64,000 nucleotides of DNA from NCBI RefSeq assembly GCF_044704955.1, contig NC_091979.1, positions 271,870,001 to 271,934,000 on the forward strand. The letters are read 5' to 3'. Positions 1 to 12,524 of the stretch are shown one piece after another. The translations under genes and the position numbers were made by a program. The notes under the pieces were generated by a model. The model was not told the DNA's origin, made no database searches, and worked only from the letters and a program-made list of their open reading frames with translations. This DNA is from Pristiophorus japonicus (lineage: Eukaryota). Each line of letters starts with the position of its first letter. Position 1 is the first letter of the stretch.

Positions 1-839
1 GCCTTCTGTTGCCTAGCTCTGCTCTGAATTACAAACACTCTGTGACTCCTGGCTCTACTCTGAACTTGTTACTTCTTTGATTCATTGTGGTCCATTCAAC
101 TCTCCATTTTTTCTGAATTTCAAACTTAATATTAGCACAACACAGATTATCTTCATTAACTACGGATTTGCTGTTTAGTTAAAGAGTAGTAAACCTCAGT
201 TAAGTGCTGCAGTTGAGAACAAGCTGAACAACACAAGGCTGCGTAATAACAAATCATTTTATGAATGTACCAGAAAACTCTAGTTCTTGATGTCTAGTCA
301 GTTTATATTTGTTTTTATAACTTCGCTCTGTTTGTGGCCTGGCACAGCAGCATTTTAATGTATGCCAGTGTGTTGCAGATTGTGTGTAAGGATATGTATT
401 AATGGTCATGAAAGAAAGGATATGAAATTAAGCTTCACTTCATACCTGCAGAGAAGGGAGGAAAAATTGACTCATTTTATTGGAGTAAGATAGGCAAGCA
501 CTTATTCTTTCAACTGGTGGAATGGAATATGGTACAGGCAGAAACTGAAAAGGAAGACCTTTTTTAAAAGCTGTTGCATCACATAATTTAACAAATTTTT
601 CCCATGAATACATTCAACTCTTATAACTGGAGGCAAAATTGGGCTGGATCCATTATTTTACAAACCCTCTGTTAGATTAATTATGCCACATATTACCTTT
701 TTCAAGCGTAAATATATTGTGCTAAAATATTTTTGTTTTATTTTTCAAAGGGATTATTTTTCAAGACGGAAAGATTTGAGTCGTGATGTGGCATGTCGTA
801 AATAGGAAAACTTTAAAAAGGTTGTCAATCAGGTAATGT

Positions 840-1962
840 GCATTGTTGGATGCACATCATATTACAGTGGGATCTAGGTGTGTAAATGTGTTGGAGGACA
901 TCACTGATAAGACTGTATTGTGGGAAGAGGATCAAGTTTTAACAAAATGCCACAAGGCCTGTCATTGAGTATAGTTAGTGTGTATGACAGAGCAAGGTCA
1001 AGACTTTACTAGAGCATGGTCAGGTCAAGTAATGGAATGAGATCAAGATGTTGCTGTAGGGCAGCAAAGTTATAGCCTATAGTGAGAGTTGGACAACAGT
1101 CTTCCAGTGAGGTCTGCAGATTTATGGTTTAAAGCATTGCATTACAATTTACATTTATTATTTAAAATAAAACATCTCAGAATGTTAACAATGTGGAAAA
1201 GCTAGACACAAGAGGGAAAAATATAGAGAGAAAATTAAAGAAAGGGGCTTTGACGAGTTTTCTGAATATAGGTTGAGAGTTGGCAAGACCACATGGTTTA
1301 AGGAGACAATTTCAGAGAGCAGAAGCATAATAACTGAAGGAATGGTCTGATAATGGAACAGAAAAAAAGCCTAGCGATAGAGGAGCCAAGATGTGTGCAA
1401 CAACATATGGCAAAAAACAAGGTAGAGGGAGGCCGAGGAGGGACTTGAGGGCAATTTGGATCTTGAAGTCAATTTGCTGGGACACAAGGAGCCTATAAAG
1501 CTTGGGAAGGAGAGATGATTGGTGTCTGGAACTATATGCAGGAGCTAATTCAGTCTGTATGGTTCGTAATAGGTTGGGAATTTACAACATCAACTTGTAT
1601 TTATATAGCGCCTTTACCATTGTAAAATGTACCAAGGTGCTTCACAGAAAGCATTGTCAAACAAAATTTGACACTGAGCTACATAAGGATATAAAACGGC
1701 AGATGACCAAAAGGTCAAAGAGGTAGGTTTTAAGGAGCATCTTAAAGGAGGAAAGAGAGGTAGAGAGGTGGAGAGGTTTAGGAAGGGAATTCAAGAGCAC
1801 AGGGCCTAGGCAGCTGAAAGCACGGCCACCAATGGTTGAGCCTCAGATAGTTGCCAGGGAGAGGGATGGAGTTTATGAAGAGTGGAGGTGGGTGGCCCCA
1901 GAGAACTTAGGAAAATTGAAGTTTCAGGTGATAAAAGGATGGCATGGGCTTTCAATGGGGGA
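840..1962 (-). mobile_element. Old L2-like LINE remnants (3' parts)
   Basis: L2-type 3' tail on the minus strand near 1595-1615 (cttgtatttatatagcgccttt) followed by purine-rich decayed L2 sequence. Boundaries approximate. Confidence 0.5.
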
Positions 1963-1967
1963 GAAAT

Positions 1968-4900
1968 TATTGTGTTCCGAACACAGATGAGGCTGCACAC
2001 AGGGAGGTTAAAGTAACAGTGACCTCAGTCTTTAATAAGACACTCCAGAGTGAGGAACAGGCCTCAGGGGCTGGCTTATGTACAGTGCTCCCAGCATCCC
2101 TTGGGACTTCAGGGGATGAGCTCCCTAGTGGCAGAACATGGGAGTGCATGTTTTACAGAAACACAACATCACTCCCCCGCCAAAGTCAAAGTGAAAACTA
2201 TTTACAAGGTGAGGTGGTCGGGAGCCTTTCTTTCCCTGGTGGACAGCCTCGGTGCAAATGTTTGTTCTGGTGTGTTGGCTGTGCCCTTGCTGGGCTGGCG
2301 TGTTGTTGGCCCTGCAGGGCTGCTAGGTGAGCCTGGCCTTGCTGGGCTGTTGGGCGTGATGGGTTCGATTTCCTGGTCCGGTGTAGTGTCGTTGATCCTT
2401 TGGGTGTGAGTTGTGGGCTCGAAAAGGATGGTGTCTGCTGTGGGTTGTTCAGGGCAGTCTGTGAACCGCAGCCTCGTTTGGTCTAGGTGCTTTCTGCAAA
2501 TTTGTCCATTGTCTAGTTTGACTACCATCACCCTATTCCCTTCTTTAGCTATCACCGTGCCTGCGATCCACTTGGGACCATGTCCATAGTTTAGCACATT
2601 CACAGGGTCATTCAGATCAATTTCCCGTGACACAGTGGCGCGACCATCGTTTACATTTTGTTGCTGCCGCCTGCTCTCTACCTGATCATGCAGGTTGGGG
2701 TGAACCAGCGAGAGTCTGGTTTTAAGTGTCCTTTTCATGAGTAGCTCAGCCGGGGGCACCCCTGTGAGCGAGTGGGGTCTCGTGCGGTAGCTGAGCAGTA
2801 CTCGGGACAGGCGGGTTTGGAGTGAACCTTCTGTGACTTGTTTAAGGCTCTGTTTGATGGTTTGTACTGCCCACTCTGTCTGCCCATTGGAGGCTGGTTT
2901 AAACGGGGCCGAGGTGACATGTTTGATCCCATTTCAGGCCATGAATTCTTTAAATTCGGCACTGGTGAAACATGGCCCATTGTCACTGACCAGTATGTCA
3001 GGCAGGCCGTGGGTGGCAAACATGGTCCTCAGGCTTTCAATGGTGGCGGTGGCGGTGCTTCCAGACATTATTTCACATTCAATCCATTTTGAAAAAGCAT
3101 CCACCATCACCATGAACATTTTACCGAGAAACGGGCCCGCATAGTCGACATGGATCCTTGACCATGGTCTGGAGGGCCAAACTTAGTGGTGCCTTTCTGG
3201 GCGCGTTGTTCAACTGAGCACATACGGTGCATTGCCGTACACAGCACTCGAAGTCAGAGTTGATACCGGGCCACCACACGTGGGATCTGGCTATCGCTTT
3301 CATCATTACTATACCCAGGTGTGTGCTGTGGAGATCCAAGATGAACGTCTCCCTGCCCTTTTTTGATAGCACTACGCGGTTACCCCACAACAGGCAGTCT
3401 GCCTGAATGGACAGCTCGTCCTTTCGCCACTGGAACGGCTTGATTGGCTCTTGCATTTCAACGGGGATGCTGGCCCAGCTCCCATGCAGTACACAGTTTT
3501 TTACTAGGGACAGCAGAGGATCTTGGCTGGTACAAGTCCTAATCTGGCGGGCCATGACAAGTGATTTATCATTTTCAAATGCTTCCATGACCATCAACAA
3601 GTCTGCGGGCTGCACCACCATCAACAAGTTTGCAGGCTGCGCCATTTCCACCCCCGTGGTGGGCAATGGTAGCCGACTGAGAGCATCAGCACAGCTCTCG
3701 GTGCCTGGCCTGTGGCAGATGGTATAGTTATACGCTGATAGCGCGAGTGCCCACCTTTGTATGCGGGCTGAGGCATTAGTATTTATCCCCTTGTTTTCAG
3801 CGAACAGGGATGTGAGGGGCTTGTGATCGGTTTCCAGCTCAAATTTGAGGCCAAACAGGTACTGATGCATTTTCTTTATCCCGGGCACACACGCTAATGC
3901 CTCTTTCTCAATCATGCTGTAGGCCCTCTCGGCCTTCGACAAGCTCCTGGAAGCATAGGCGACAGGTTGCAACTTCCCCGCAACGTTAGCTTGTTGTAAT
4001 ACACACCCAACTCCGTACGACGACACGTCACATGCTAGCACGTCTTTTACACGGGTTATACAAAACAAGCAGCTTGTTGGAGCATAAAATGTTTCTGGCT
4101 TTCTCAAAAGCAATTACTTGGTTTTTTTCTCCATACCCAGTTCTCACCTTTGCGCAATAACACATGTAGGGGCTCTAAAAGGGTGCTTAACTCCGGTAGG
4201 AAGTTACCAAAATAGTTGAGTCCCAGGAACGACCGCAGCTCCGTGACATTCTGTGGCCTGGGAGCGTTCCTGATAGCCTGTCTTGGCATCTGTGGGCCGA
4301 ATGCCATCCGCTGCAATCTTTCTCCCCAAAAACTCCACTTCTGTTGCCATGAAGACGCATTTTGACCTCTTCAGCCGCAGCCCAACACGATCCAGTCGCT
4401 GGAGGACCTTCTCCAGGTTTTGTAGGTGCTCGGCAGTGTCCCGACCCTTGACCAATATGTCGGCCTGAAAGACCACCATGTGTGGTACCGACTTGAGTAG
4501 GCTTTCCATGTTTCTCTGGAAGATCGCTGCAGCCGACCAAATTCCAAATGGGCATCTGTTGTAGATGAACAGTCCCTTGTGCATGTTGATGCAGCTAAGA
4601 CCCTTCGAAGACTCCACCAGCTCCTGCATTATGCAGGCCGAAGTCAGGTCGAGCTTGGTGAACGTCTTGCCTCCTGCCAGCGTCGCAAATAGGTCGTCTG
4701 CCTTAGGTAGCGGGTATTGGTCCTGTAGCAAGAAACTATTAATAGTTACTTTATAATCACCGCAAATCCTGACCGTGCCATCACTTTTGAGTACTAAAAC
4801 AATCGGGCTGGCCCACTCGCTGAATTCCACTGGGGAGATGATGCCCTCACGTTGCAGCCTGTCCAGCTCGATTTCCACTCTCTCCCTCATCATGAGGTAC

Positions 4901-6554
4901 TGCTCGCGCCTTGTGGTGAATGGGTCGTGCCTCTGGGACCAAGTGGATCTGCACCTTCGCCCCAGAAAAGTTTCCAATGCCTGGCTCAAAAAGGGAAGGA
5001 AATTTGTTAAGAACCTGGGTACATGAGGCATCATCGACATGTGATAGCGCTCGGATGTCATCCCAGTTCTAACGGATTTTGCCCAGCCAGCTCCTTCCAA
5101 GCAGTGTGGGGCCATCACCTGGGACAATCCACAGTGGCAGTTCGTGCACCATGCCCTCGCAGGTGACCTTGACCATGGCGCTGTCCAGGACAGTGATAAG
5201 CTCTTTGGTGTACGTTCTCAGTTTCGTGTGGATGGGGCTCAGGGCTGGTCTGAATGCCTTGTTGCACCACAGTCTCTCAAACATCTTTTTACTCATGATG
5301 GATTGGCTAGCACCAGTGTCCAGTTCCATGGCTACGGGTAAGCCATTCAATTTTACGTTTAGTATTATAGGTGGATATTTCGTCGAAAATGTGTGCACCC
5401 CATGTACTTCAGCATCTGCCTCCTCTCTCTGAGGCTCGAAATTGCTTTGATCCACCATGGACCGATCTTCCTCTGCCACGTGGTGGTTAGCAGGTTTTGC
5501 AGAGCTTGCAGCTCATTTGCAAGCTCGTTGGAGGTGCCCCATTGTTCTACAGCTCTTGCAAACATGCCCTTTGAAGTGGCATGAATAGGCTGAATGGAAG
5601 CCTCCACAATGCCAAGAAGGTGTGAATTGCCTTGCATTCATCCTTTGTTGGGGACTCTGAGTCATCTGGGTCACCTGAGGCCTGCTGGCAGTTGCAGACT
5701 CGTGGGTTCTGCCTTGTACATTTCTGCTCGCAAACACAGTTCCAGTTAATTTATGAACATTGCTAGCACTTGTGTGCTGAGAGATTTGTTTGGTGTTATC
5801 ACTGGTGGACATTAACGCCTGTGCTATCGCACTGGCCTTACTGAGGGTCGGTGTCTCTACAGTCAAACGTTTTCGTAGGATGGTCTCGTGGCCAATGCCC
5901 AGTACAAAAACAGTCTCTAAGCATTTGCTCCAGGTAGCTATCAAACTCACATTGTCCTGCAAGTCGCCTTAGCTCGGCGACGTGGCTCGCCACTTCCTGA
6001 CCTTCAGATCGCTGGCACGTGTAGAACCGATACCTCGCCATCAACACGCTCTCCCTCGAGTTAAGATGCTCCCGAATCAGTGTACACAGTTCCTCATATG
6101 ACTTATCTGTGGGTTTCACCGGAGCCAGAAGATTCTTCATGAGGCTGTAGGTCGGTGCCCCACAGACTGTGAGGAGGACCGCTCTCCTTTTTACAGCGCT
6201 TCCTTCTCCGTCCAGCTCGTTGGCTACAAAGTACTGGTCTAGCCATTCGACATAGGCTTCCCAGTCCTCACCCTCTGAGAACTTCTCCAGGATGCCCACA
6301 GTTTGCTGCATCTTTGCGTTGGATTCGTATTCTCATCGCCAGTTATTGTGTTTCTAACACAGATGAGGCTGCACACAGGGAGGTTAAAGTAACAGTGACC
6401 TCAATCTTTAATAAGACACTCCAGAGAAAAGAACAGGCCTTGGGGGACGGCTTATATACAGTGCTCCCAAGGGATGCTAGAATCCCTTGGGACTTCAGGG
6501 GATGAGCTCCCTGGTGGCGGAATATGGGAGTGCATGCTTTACAGATACACAACA
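1968..6554 (-). mobile_element. Gypsy (Mag/K02A2.6-like) LTR retrotransposon, full length, decayed (element 1)
   Basis: LTRs at 1968-2168 and 6344-6554 (about 16 substitutions plus a 10-bp indel by eye). 5-bp TSD GAAAT at 1963-1967 and 6555-6559. PBS TGGCGATGAG at 6332-6341 (-), a tRNA-Ser(GCT)-type site. PPT at 2169-2181 (-). Confidence 0.95.
2202..6311 (-). pseudogene. gag-pol pseudogene of Gypsy element 1
   Basis: Frameshifted ORFs give gag with two zinc knuckles (..HCGGFHSAYSC..CKSCRTMGHLQRAC), protease LDTGAS, RT (catalytic motif degenerate, FQADILV), RNase H (CDVSSYGVG, IEKEALA, TDHKPL) and integrase (VDAFSKW, VSDNGPCF). Confidence 0.92.
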
Positions 6555-6559
6555 GAAAT

Positions 6560-8000
6560 AGGGGTGTAAACAGGCAATGGTCCAGAGATGCAAGAAAGTA
6601 GCCTTGGCAACAAACCGTATGTGATGTTGAGTGGTCAGGTCAGAGTTGAACAGAACATTGAAGGTGTTTGCCTGTGGATTTAGCCAGAGGGGCAACGAGG
6701 AGAAGTTAATGGAGTTGAGGTATGTAGGTGCAGTAGCAGCATCAACGGGTAGCTGTTGTTCTGCTGATATTGAGTTGAAGGCAATTTTTTCTTGTTGTTG
6801 GACAAATATCTGAAGAATGGAATTGTGTGGAAGCAGAAAAATAAGAGTTGGATGTCATTGGCATGTGTGTGAAAGCTGATCTGACGCTTGTAGATAATGC
6901 TGCCAAGGAGTAGAATGTAATCAATGAAAAGGAGGGAAGGAAAATGGAGCCCTGGGACACATCAGAGATGACTATGTGGGCACAGGAGATGATAGCCCAC
7001 ATTGGGATATGTATAAGAATGCACAGATATAGGCAGTGTGGGAGAATAGGGTGGTCAAGTATCTAAGGTGACAACAAAGTTGAAGAGGGCAAGAAAGAAC
7101 AACCAGCTGTGATCATAGTGGTGCAGGATGTCATTTGTGACTTTAACTAAGATGGTCTCAGTGTTGTGGATATGGCAGAACCCAGAATGAAGAGTCAAAA
7201 TGAGTGGATGGCATTGAGATATTCAAGAATTTTGGAGAGAAAGGATAGGTTACAGATAGGTATAACGAGGAATCGAGGTGTCAAGCATGGGCTTTTTAAG
7301 GAAAAGTTGATAAGTGTCAGGTGATATTGAAGAGAAAATTGGGCATTCAGACATTGGGTCAAGAGGGGATCAAGGGAGTAGGTAGTCATTTTCATAGAGG
7401 AGATACATTTATTGGGAGCTGGAGAAGAAGCATAGAATAGTAGAAATTCAAGTTTGGGAGAGGGCTGGGAAAGGGATAAATGCAGGTGAAAGAACCGAGA
7501 TAGCTTTGCAGATGCAACTTTGGGTACAGGAGAGTTCTATGAATACTGGGGTAGTATTTTTTAAGGTCGAACGAGCGGTTGGAAAGGTTTGGGGCAGTCA
7601 GTTAAATGTGTAGGAGAAAAGAGACAAGTACATAGTTGGAGATAATCTTGTTGGTCATCAAAACTTCCATAGTAGTGAGGCCTCAAGTGATATCAAGATC
7701 AAATCAATGGCCTTGAACATTGTAATTTATGAGAGGGCGGGGAAAGCGGAGTTTAGATAAGTTTAATTGCAGGTTAAAGTCAACAAGAATGTGTAAATGC
7801 TTACTATAGAGACTGACTAACAACAGAAGGGAGGAGATTTCAGTGAAGAATGCCAATGGGTTGAAAACAGAATAGAGCTTGAAGTGGAGGCAGGAAAAGT
7901 TATGTAAGATGATCAAACTTGTAGAAAGGAGCACTGGAATAAAGCAATAGGGCACGATCACCTCCAGATAATTCAAGCAGCAGAATTCATAGATCATGTA
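6560..8000 (-). mobile_element. Old L2-like LINE ORF2 remnant
   Basis: Decayed L2 RT peptides (VLFNSDLTTQHHIRFVAKATFLHL..IACLHP; PICNLSFLSKILE) and an endonuclease-like ILVDFNL. This appears to be the element Gypsy 1 inserted into. Confidence 0.65.
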
Positions 8001-8065
8001 GCTTGATGGGAGATGTCACTAACAGAGGTACCACATTGGTATGCCTCGTTTCAGTCAGACCCAAG

Positions 8066-9659
8066 GGGGCTGAAATTGCCCACCGCTGGAAATGGGGCGC
8101 ACCTATCCTGCTTCTGTTGTTTTGCGGTGGCCTCTTAAGTGAAATTCCGCTCTTTGGCTTTTTTTTCAGCGGACCGGAAGTCGGTCATAATGGGGGAGGA
8201 TGTGCCCGGTGAGCGTAAGTTTGCAGTCTAGGGGGGCGGGTGTAGTGGCCGCCGCAGTCAGTCATCAGCATAGCGCTGATGACGTCATAATGGTGCCACG
8301 TCACCACGGCTTTCCCCTTCACTTTAAGGGGATAGCCTGCGCGATTCTTTAAGTTTGGTCCACTGGGCTACGAGGGAGAGTTTCGGCTGAGCCAGTGGCC
8401 TGGCACCCAAGAGGGGTTGCCAGGCTGCCCCCGGCCGAACCCGAGGGTATACTTGTTGGCCCGACATAGCAGTCGGCCGACAAAAAAACGCACTGTTGCA
8501 GTGGCAGTAGACCATTTAATGGGAGCCGCACCGCCATTTTAGAAAGACTCCAAGCTCAGTGCACCGTCAGAAAAAGCTGCCCTTGGCACCGCGCGGTGGG
8601 AGCAAGATTTTTTCAGCGGAATTTCACCATCGGGGATGGGGAACATCAGCGGTGCGTGCTCCAATGATGCACTTAGGACGGATTGGCAGCAGCGGAGTGG
8701 TAGTGGGGGGGAGCGGGTCACCACCGGAATACCGCAGGAGTGGAACTTTCAAAATGCCGACCATGTGAGGTCATGCACTTTAGCAGAAAAAAATCAAAGA
8801 GCAAGTTATTATTTAAATGGAGAGAGATTGCAAAGTGCCGCAGTACAGCGGGAACTGGAGGTACTTGTGCATGAAACACAAAAGGATAGTATGCAGGTAC
8901 AGCAAGTGATCAGGAAGGCCAATGGTATCTTGGCCTTTATTGCAAAGGGGATGGAGTATAAAAACAGGGAAGTCTTGCTACAGCTATATAAGGTATTGGT
9001 GAGGCCACACCTGGAATACTGCTTGCAATTTTGGTTTCCATATTTACGAAAGTATATACTTGTTTGGAGGCAGTTTAGAGAAGCTTCACTAGGTTGATTC
9101 CGGGGATGAGGGGATTTACTTATGAGGAAGGGTTGAGTAGGTTGGGCCTCTATTCATTGGAATTCAGAAGAATGATAGGTGGTCTTATCGAAATGTATAA
9201 GATTATGAGGGGGCTTGACAAGGTGGATGCAGAAAGGATGTTTCCACTGATGGGGGAGACGGGAACTAGAGGGCACGATCTTAGAATAAGGGGCCACCCA
9301 TTTAAAACAAAGATGAGGAGAAATTTCTTCTCTGAGGGTTGTAAATCTGTGGAATTCGCTGCCTCAGAGAGCTGTGGAGGCTGGGACATTGAATAAATTT
9401 AAGACAGAAGTAGACAGTTTCTTAAACGATAAGAGAATAAGGGGTTATGGGGAATGGGCGGGGAAGTGGAGCTGAGTCCATGATCAGATCAGCCGTGCTC
9501 TTATTGAATGGTGGAGCAGACTCAGGGAGCCGTATGGCCGACTCCTGTTCCTATGTCTTATGTTCTTATTCGACGAAAAATCGGCGGCCGTTGCACTCAG
9601 CAGCGTGGCCGCTGATTTCCGGTGGTTACAGGCTTTAAAGGAAAGGGAAATTTGGCCCC
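8066..9659. mobile_element. PIF/Harbinger-type MITE interrupted by a CR1 fragment
   Basis: Imperfect TIRs GGGGCTGAAATTGCCC and GGGAAATTTGGCCCC, 3-bp TSD AAG (8063-8065, 9660-9662), GC-rich non-coding interior. Confidence 0.7.
8763..9569 (+). mobile_element. CR1 LINE 3' fragment
   Basis: RT C-terminus (LYKVLVRPHLEYC, LGLYSLEFRR), CR1 3' UTR and CTTATGTTCTTAT tail. Confidence 0.9.
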
Positions 9660-9744
9660 AAGGTGTCAGACCACTTATGCATTATGAGGTCATGACTATG
9701 GAGAGTCTTGTTCACAAGAGAATGGTTATTAACTGTGAAATATT

Positions 9745-11334
9745 GGGCCCAAGTTTCCACATGATTTGCGCCTGATTTTTAGGAGCAACTGGTGGAGAAC
9801 GGACTATCTTAGAAATCGCAATTCTCCACATTTTTTTTCCTGCAGTTCTAGTCAGGTAGAACAGTTCCACTTTGGAACAGAATTTTTTCTTCAAAAGGGG
9901 GCGTGTCCGGCCACTGACGCCTGATTTCAAAGTTTCCACAGTGAAAACATACTCCAAACTAACTTACAATAGAGCAAGTGAAGATTTTTGTAGAACTGAA
10001 AAAACCTGTTCTACACATTAAAAAATCAGGCGCAGGTTCCATATTAGGCGTAGGGAACGAGGGGGGGAGGGAAGGGAAGTCATTAAATTCTACAATAAAT
10101 CCTTAGTTATACTTATACAAATATTATACAAATAAATCCAACCTGAATAAACATTTATAAGCAAAGAAAAGATTAAATAAACCATGTTCCTAGCTGTGTG
10201 AAAGTTCTTCAGGCAGGCCTTTAGGAAGCGGTTTGCCGTCTGGACCGAAGGCTGAACGGGCCGGGCCCAAGATTTCGGGCAGGGCCCGTCTGCAGCACCA
10301 GAGGTAGGTGGCGTTGGGTCGGGTCGGGGAGAGAGGTTCGGTTCGGGTCAGCGGGCGAGGGAGGGAGAGAGGGGGAGGGAGGGAGGGAGGGAGAGAGGGA
10401 GGGAGAGAGGGAGGGGAGAGAGTGAGAGAGGGAGGGGGAGAGAGGGAGGTCAGGTCGGGGAGAGTGAGGTCAGGTCGGGGAGGGGGAGGTCAGTTCAGAT
10501 CCAGGCCGGGGGCGAGAGTAGAGTCGGGTCGAGTCGGGTGGGAGCGGGAGCGGCAGACGCAGACGGGTCGAGTCGGGTCCGGTCCGGTCGGGGGGGGCGG
10601 GGGGCAGAAGCAGGAGCGGCGGGGAAGCAGGAGCGGCAGCAACAGGCGGGTCGAGTCGGGTCCAGTCCGGTCGGTGGGGGGCGGGGGCGGAAGCAGGAGC
10701 GGCGGGGAAGCAGGAGCGGCAGCAACAGGCGGGTCGAGTCGGGTCCAGTCCGGTCGGTGGGGGGCGGGGGCGGAAGCAGGAGCGGCGGGGAAGCAGGAGC
10801 GGCAGCAACAGGCGGGTCGAGTCGGGTCCGGTCCGGTCGGGTGGGGGGGCAGAAGCAGGAGCGGCAGCAACAGGCGGGTCGAGTCGGGTCCGGTCCGGTC
10901 GGGTGGGGGGGCAGAAGCAGGAGCGGCAGCAACAGGCGGGTCGAGTCGGGTCCGGTCCGGTCGGCGGGGGGGAAAAGCGGGAGTCGGCAGGAAGCAGGAG
11001 CTGGCCATGGGAGGAGCCTTATTCACGCAGCCCCAGTGAGGCCATTCGGCCAGGGCTAGGGGCTGCGTGCTTCGGGCCCCTTCCACACAGTTTCGGGCGC
11101 CTGGAGCTACTGCACTTGCGTGCCCACTGTAGCGCGCATGTGCAGAGCTCCCGGCACTGTTTTCGGCGCAGGGTCCTAGCTCCGGCCCCTACAGCTCCTG
11201 CTGCGCCATGCCACGGGCCAGAAGACCTGCAAGGAGGTGGAGAATACGGAGGGTTTTTTTAGGCGCACTTTCTGGTGCGAAAAACGGGCGCCCAGCTCGG
11301 AGGGGCGCCCGTTTTTTATCGTGTGGAAACTTGG
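9745..11334. mobile_element. Harbinger-type MITE (GGGCCCAAGTTTCCAC family), copy 1
   Basis: Left TIR GGGCCCAAGTTTCCAC. Right TIR GTGGAAACTTGG lacks the last 4 nt. ATT flanks both sides. Closely similar to the inverted copy at 52926-54381. Confidence 0.85.
10310..10995 (+). repeat. GC/G-rich minisatellite inside MITE
   Basis: A GGGA/GAGA tract followed by about 8 variable 55-75 bp units of type GGGTCGAGTCGGGTCCGGTCCGGTCG(G)nCAGAAGCAGGAGCGGCAGCAACAGGC. Confidence 0.9.
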
Positions 11335-11545
11335 ATTTAATTGATAGTATTGATGATATTCTGCAGCTCCCCAGGTATATATGGCGTGCAATAATTTATT
11401 AAGACTTTGGTGCAGCCACTTCACTAAATAAGAGTAACTTTGATGAGTGTCTGCATCAACCTGGCCAAAACATGTAAATAGTAGTGTATCCAGTGCATGC
11501 ATTTGTGATTTCCCACAACATGAGTTCTTGATTTCAGTTATGTTA

Positions 11546-12026
11546 GAAACATAGAAACATAGAAAATAGGTGGAGTAGGCCATTCGGCCCTTCTAGCCTG
11601 CACCGCCATTCAATGAGTTCATGGCTGAACATGCAACTTCAGTACCCCATTCCTGCTTTCTCACCATACCCCTTGATTCCCCTAGTAGTAAGGACTTCAT
11701 CTAACTCCTTTTTGAATATATTTAGTGAATTGGCCTCAACAACTTTTTGTGGTAGAGAATTCCACAGGTTCACCACTCTCTGGGTGAAGAAATTCCTCCT
11801 CATCTCGGTCCTAAATGGCTTCCCCCTTATCCTTAGACTGTGTCCCCTGGTTCTGGACTTCCCCAACATTGGGAACATTCTTCCTGCATCTAACCTGTCT
11901 AACCCCGTCAGTATTTTAAACGTTTCTATGAGGTCCCCTCTCATTCTTCTGAACTCCAGTGAATACAAGCCCAGTTGATCCAGTCTTTCTTGATAGGTCA
12001 GTCCCGCCATCCCGGGAATCAGTCTG
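11546..12026 (-). mobile_element. CR1 LINE 3' fragment
   Basis: ORF 11639-12010 (-) is a CR1 RT C-terminus; (GAAACATA)n tail at 11546-11565. Confidence 0.9.
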
Positions 12027-12082
12027 ATGTTGTTATGGTAAGGCTCAACTGAAGAAGAGAGAAATTCCTCATCGGAAAGATA

Positions 12083-12524
12083 AGACTTGCATTTATATAG
12101 CGTCTTTCACATTCTCAAGATGTCCCAAAAGTTTCACAGCCAATAAAGTACTTTTTAAGTATAATCACTTTGTGTACATAAACTCAGCAACTAATTTGTG
12201 CAGAGCCAGGTCCTTTAAACAACAAATGCAACAATGATTAGATAATCTGTTTTGTTGATGTTGGTTGAGGGATGAATACTGACCAGGACATCAGGAAAGC
12301 TCCCTGCTCTTCGTTGAATAAGTGCCATGGATACCCAACTGAACAGGTCGACAAGACATCAGTTTAACGTCATGTCCAAAATACACCACCTGTGACAATA
12401 CAGCATTTCCTCAACACTGCAGTGAAGTATCAGCCTAAATTACATGTCAAATCCTGGATTATGGCATTGACTCACAAACTTCTGAGTTAGAGGTGAGAAT
12501 GCTATCAACTAACTCAAACTGATG
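12083..12524 (-). mobile_element. tRNA-derived SINE (SacSINE1/DeuSINE-like), decayed
   Basis: The reverse complement resembles the SINE at 26310-26541, with an L2-type tail (cttgcatttatatagcg) at the left end. Confidence 0.6.

Noticed and set aside
751-832. Possible plus-strand exon (tttttcaaAG ... CAG|GTAATG)
   Set aside because: Stops in all three frames and no supporting partner exon. A non-coding exon cannot be excluded.
10520-10990. Repeat array considered as CRISPR-like
   Set aside because: No unique spacers and no cas genes; a plain VNTR in a eukaryotic MITE.
10308-11262. Many overlapping Gly/Arg/Pro-rich ORFs (also 53134-53929)
   Set aside because: Artefacts of a stop-poor GC minisatellite and an N gap.
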